A DNA stretch of 32,000 nt from Bicaudavirus pozzuoliense. A program made the translations under genes and the position numbers. Below the pieces are notes generated by a model. That model was not told the DNA's origin and ran no database searches. It worked only from the letters and a program-made list of their open reading frames with translations. Every line of letters begins with the position of its first letter. Position 1 is the first letter of the stretch. The stretch is taken from the sequence record NC_007409.1. The stretch is one strand, 5' to 3'. Positions 30,801 through 32,000 of this stretch are shown here, one piece after another.

Positions 30801-31929
30801 TTGACGGGGTGAAACGCCAAGCGATGTATTGACCCCCGGCAGACGCCCCAGTGCCGTTTATTACCAATTCACCATTCTGCCAATAAGGCAATGTCTTCCA
30901 GTCAGTGGACTCTACGCTATTGACAAACGGTGACGGAGATACTGCGAAGTACGAGACGTAGAAGAGATTATCTATGTCACCTCTTATGCCGACATACCCA
31001 ATCTGAGACCACGGGAACGGTGTATTCACATTGACTGTATACGCTGTTGAGTTGATGTACACAGTACTGACAGTCACATTTCCTGCACTGTTTTCCGTGA
31101 AGGTGACAGTGAAGGTGAATGGATAAGCTGTCGAAGGTGTAGGATATACTACTGACAACTCAACCCAGTTCCCATTTGTCTCATGATACCAGATTTGGCC
31201 ATTGAAGGTTACCAAGAGCGCTAGGAAACCACTGGTGCCAATATCAGTTGGTTGGTCCCCAACAGTTGGTGAGTATATCGCAATACCAGGACTGTACGGG
31301 TTGTTTATCCCAGAAGGCCAACTGGTTATGTGGATCGTCACATTAAATGTGTTACTTGACGGAGTATAACGCCAAGCGATGTATTGCCCTCCGTGAGGCG
31401 CCGAGGGGCAGTTAAACACTAATTGTCCATTCTGCCAATAAGGCAACGTTTCCCAGCCAGTGGATTCCACAGTGTTCACGGTCCATGTAGTTTTTGAAAA
31501 CAGCTGTTCATACGCGTATAATTGCCCAGTAAGGTTAGAATACTCGAAGAATCTGATGTTGCTTCCTTGCGGGTTCAGCCACGGTAGATTCGCAACATCC
31601 AGTATGAATGGCTCACTGCTGATACTGGTCTCACCTACGTACGCTGTTGCGTACGTCGTGCTTGTGTTTATGCTTGAATGTGCTGGCGGTATTATCACTG
31701 GTATTATGAATAAAGTGAGAACAAGGACGACAATAGAAACTTTGCGCACTTTCATATACTCTACTCTGAAAAATGGCAGAAAAACTTCTGACGGCGGGGT
31801 TTGTCGTTCGCTTTCGACCCAAAGCGAAACCCTCCAAACATATTTATTTGCGCTTTCTGCCGATTCTTCGTGAGAAAGCGAAATGAGAGAAAACACGCCT
31901 AAACTACAAAAAAGCGGAGAAAAATACAA
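27892..31929 (-). CDS. Large repeat-bearing secreted/surface protein with C-terminal TM
   Basis: 1345 aa from TTG. A more natural start is the ATG at 31755 (MKVRKVSIVVLVLTLFIIPVIIPPAHSS, signal peptide). Four ~185-aa beta-rich repeats, S/T/P-rich linker and C-terminal hydrophobic segments. Confidence 0.88.
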   Translation of the reverse strand: MYFSPLFCSLGVFSLISLSHEESAESANKYVWRVSLWVESERQTPPSEVFLPFFRVEYMKVRKVSIVVLVLTLFIIPVIIPPAHSSINTSTTYATAYVGETSISSEPFILDVANLPWLNPQGSNIRFFEYSNLTGQLYAYEQLFSKTTWTVNTVESTGWETLPYWQNGQLVFNCPSAPHGGQYIAWRYTPSSNTFNVTIHITSWPSGINNPYSPGIAIYSPTVGDQPTDIGTSGFLALLVTFNGQIWYHETNGNWVELSVVYPTPSTAYPFTFTVTFTENSAGNVTVSTVYINSTAYTVNVNTPFPWSQIGYVGIRGDIDNLFYVSYFAVSPSPFVNSVESTDWKTLPYWQNGELVINGTGASAGGQYIAWRFTPSSNTFNVTIHITSWPSGISGGTYPGIEIFSPNVGNQPYAQASGFLALLVTFNGNIWYHGISGISGCDLLKSSAYPTPSTAYPFTFTVTFTENSAGNVTVSTVYINSTAHTVNLNTPFPWSQIGYIGITSCYDLFYVSYFAVSPSPFVNSVESTDWKTLPYWQNGQLVFNVTGASGSQYIAWRYTPVGNTINVTIHITSFPSGIPSGDNPGIEIFSPNVGDQPYDEVSGFLSLLVAFNGNIWYHGLNGFVLLKSSAFPTPSTAYPFTFTVTFTENSAGNVTVSTVYINSTAYTLNFNTPFPWSQIGYIGIRGDPSNLFYVSYFSTTQQLYAYELVTNPYTNTPYTGTVYMAIFPYPISYDVYVSQAPIVYSQATLPLVTVSSPSQVTTQYPIISTSTYMVIPSIGAYSGNTPLFLYPQMAVSEGIVPVIPMVESTSWKTLPYWQNGQLVLDVAAACSSQYVAWRYTPSSNTMNVTIHITSYPSGIQYNPGISIYSPNIGDQPYDYASGFLALLVTFSGNIWYHGTNANWVELRSSAYPTPSTAYPFTFTVTFTENSAGNVTISTVYINSTAYTLNVNTPFPWSQIGYVAIRVDTQNLFYVSYFSISQGSSPFVLVSPSYAQGFVGSQYAYPYFMNTTTVLVNNTAVPKGLSVFSGYMPGANTVFSTFLYMNTTPQSPVLVLMPAPYVSFNALSNGFSITADAQILSLYGYPATYTNPSFTYTPPGIIGMSGTNTFTFKGAQTQLSASTTPPSSTTPTPPSSSSSSSSSSSISTSPNTIQVVLNGSVYVHVPLLFHPALSTPNGSVLFSTSVNSTGVYISSYVTSAITTPLNVTIEYTNGTVIKSFTIEPGQTFQVPLVNGDENVIISYGNHTVTIPISANNVNVLSLRNAISAVLPPIYALPLFLLFAGSFFISLAVRSVPKFAGMGSIIYIFFVAPFLIVIGIPTSVVYGTVVGALIIIIIGLWASRSQD
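28980..31475 (-). repeat. Four copies of a ~185-aa module (VEST.WKTLPYWQNGQL...YFAVSPSPFVN)
   Basis: 'ggcaa(t/c)gt(c/t)ttcc' anchors at 31442, 30887, 30329 and 29486 give periods of 555 bp and 558 bp, then an 843-bp step that includes a linker. Confidence 0.9.
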
Positions 31930-32000
31930 ATTTTTCCTCTATAACAGAGACTTCACTTATTCATATATATTATATATGAATATAGTGGTGGCCTATGGAT

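Overview
The window looks like about half of the genome of a large spindle-shaped or tailed virus of Sulfolobales. From recalled literature I recognise Acidianus two-tailed virus (ATV). The ORF sizes and domain contents match the published names P529 (AAA ATPase), P653, P710, P892 (VWA), P131 (coat), P387, P618 (MoxR) and P326 (ParB-like). I could not run a search, so this identity needs a BLAST check. The tiling genes include a >1534-aa repeat and proline-rich protein truncated at the window edge, an AAA ATPase, a P-loop ATPase, a P653/P387/P362 paralogue family, a VWA + MoxR ATPase pair, a membrane GT-C-like protein, an intact solo TnpB, a ParB-like protein and a 1345-aa beta-rich repeat surface protein. 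The most notable non-genic signal is an 8-bp palindrome, ACAGCTGT. I hand-counted 25 exact copies, where fewer than 1 is expected. The copies are fairly evenly spaced, enriched in intergenic gaps, and sit directly upstream of TATA-like boxes for several genes. A second dispersed motif of about 22 nt (cgc-ggcggggaggaagtcag) matches the right end, or omegaRNA 3' region, of the TnpB element. It also recurs near other genes without any TnpB.
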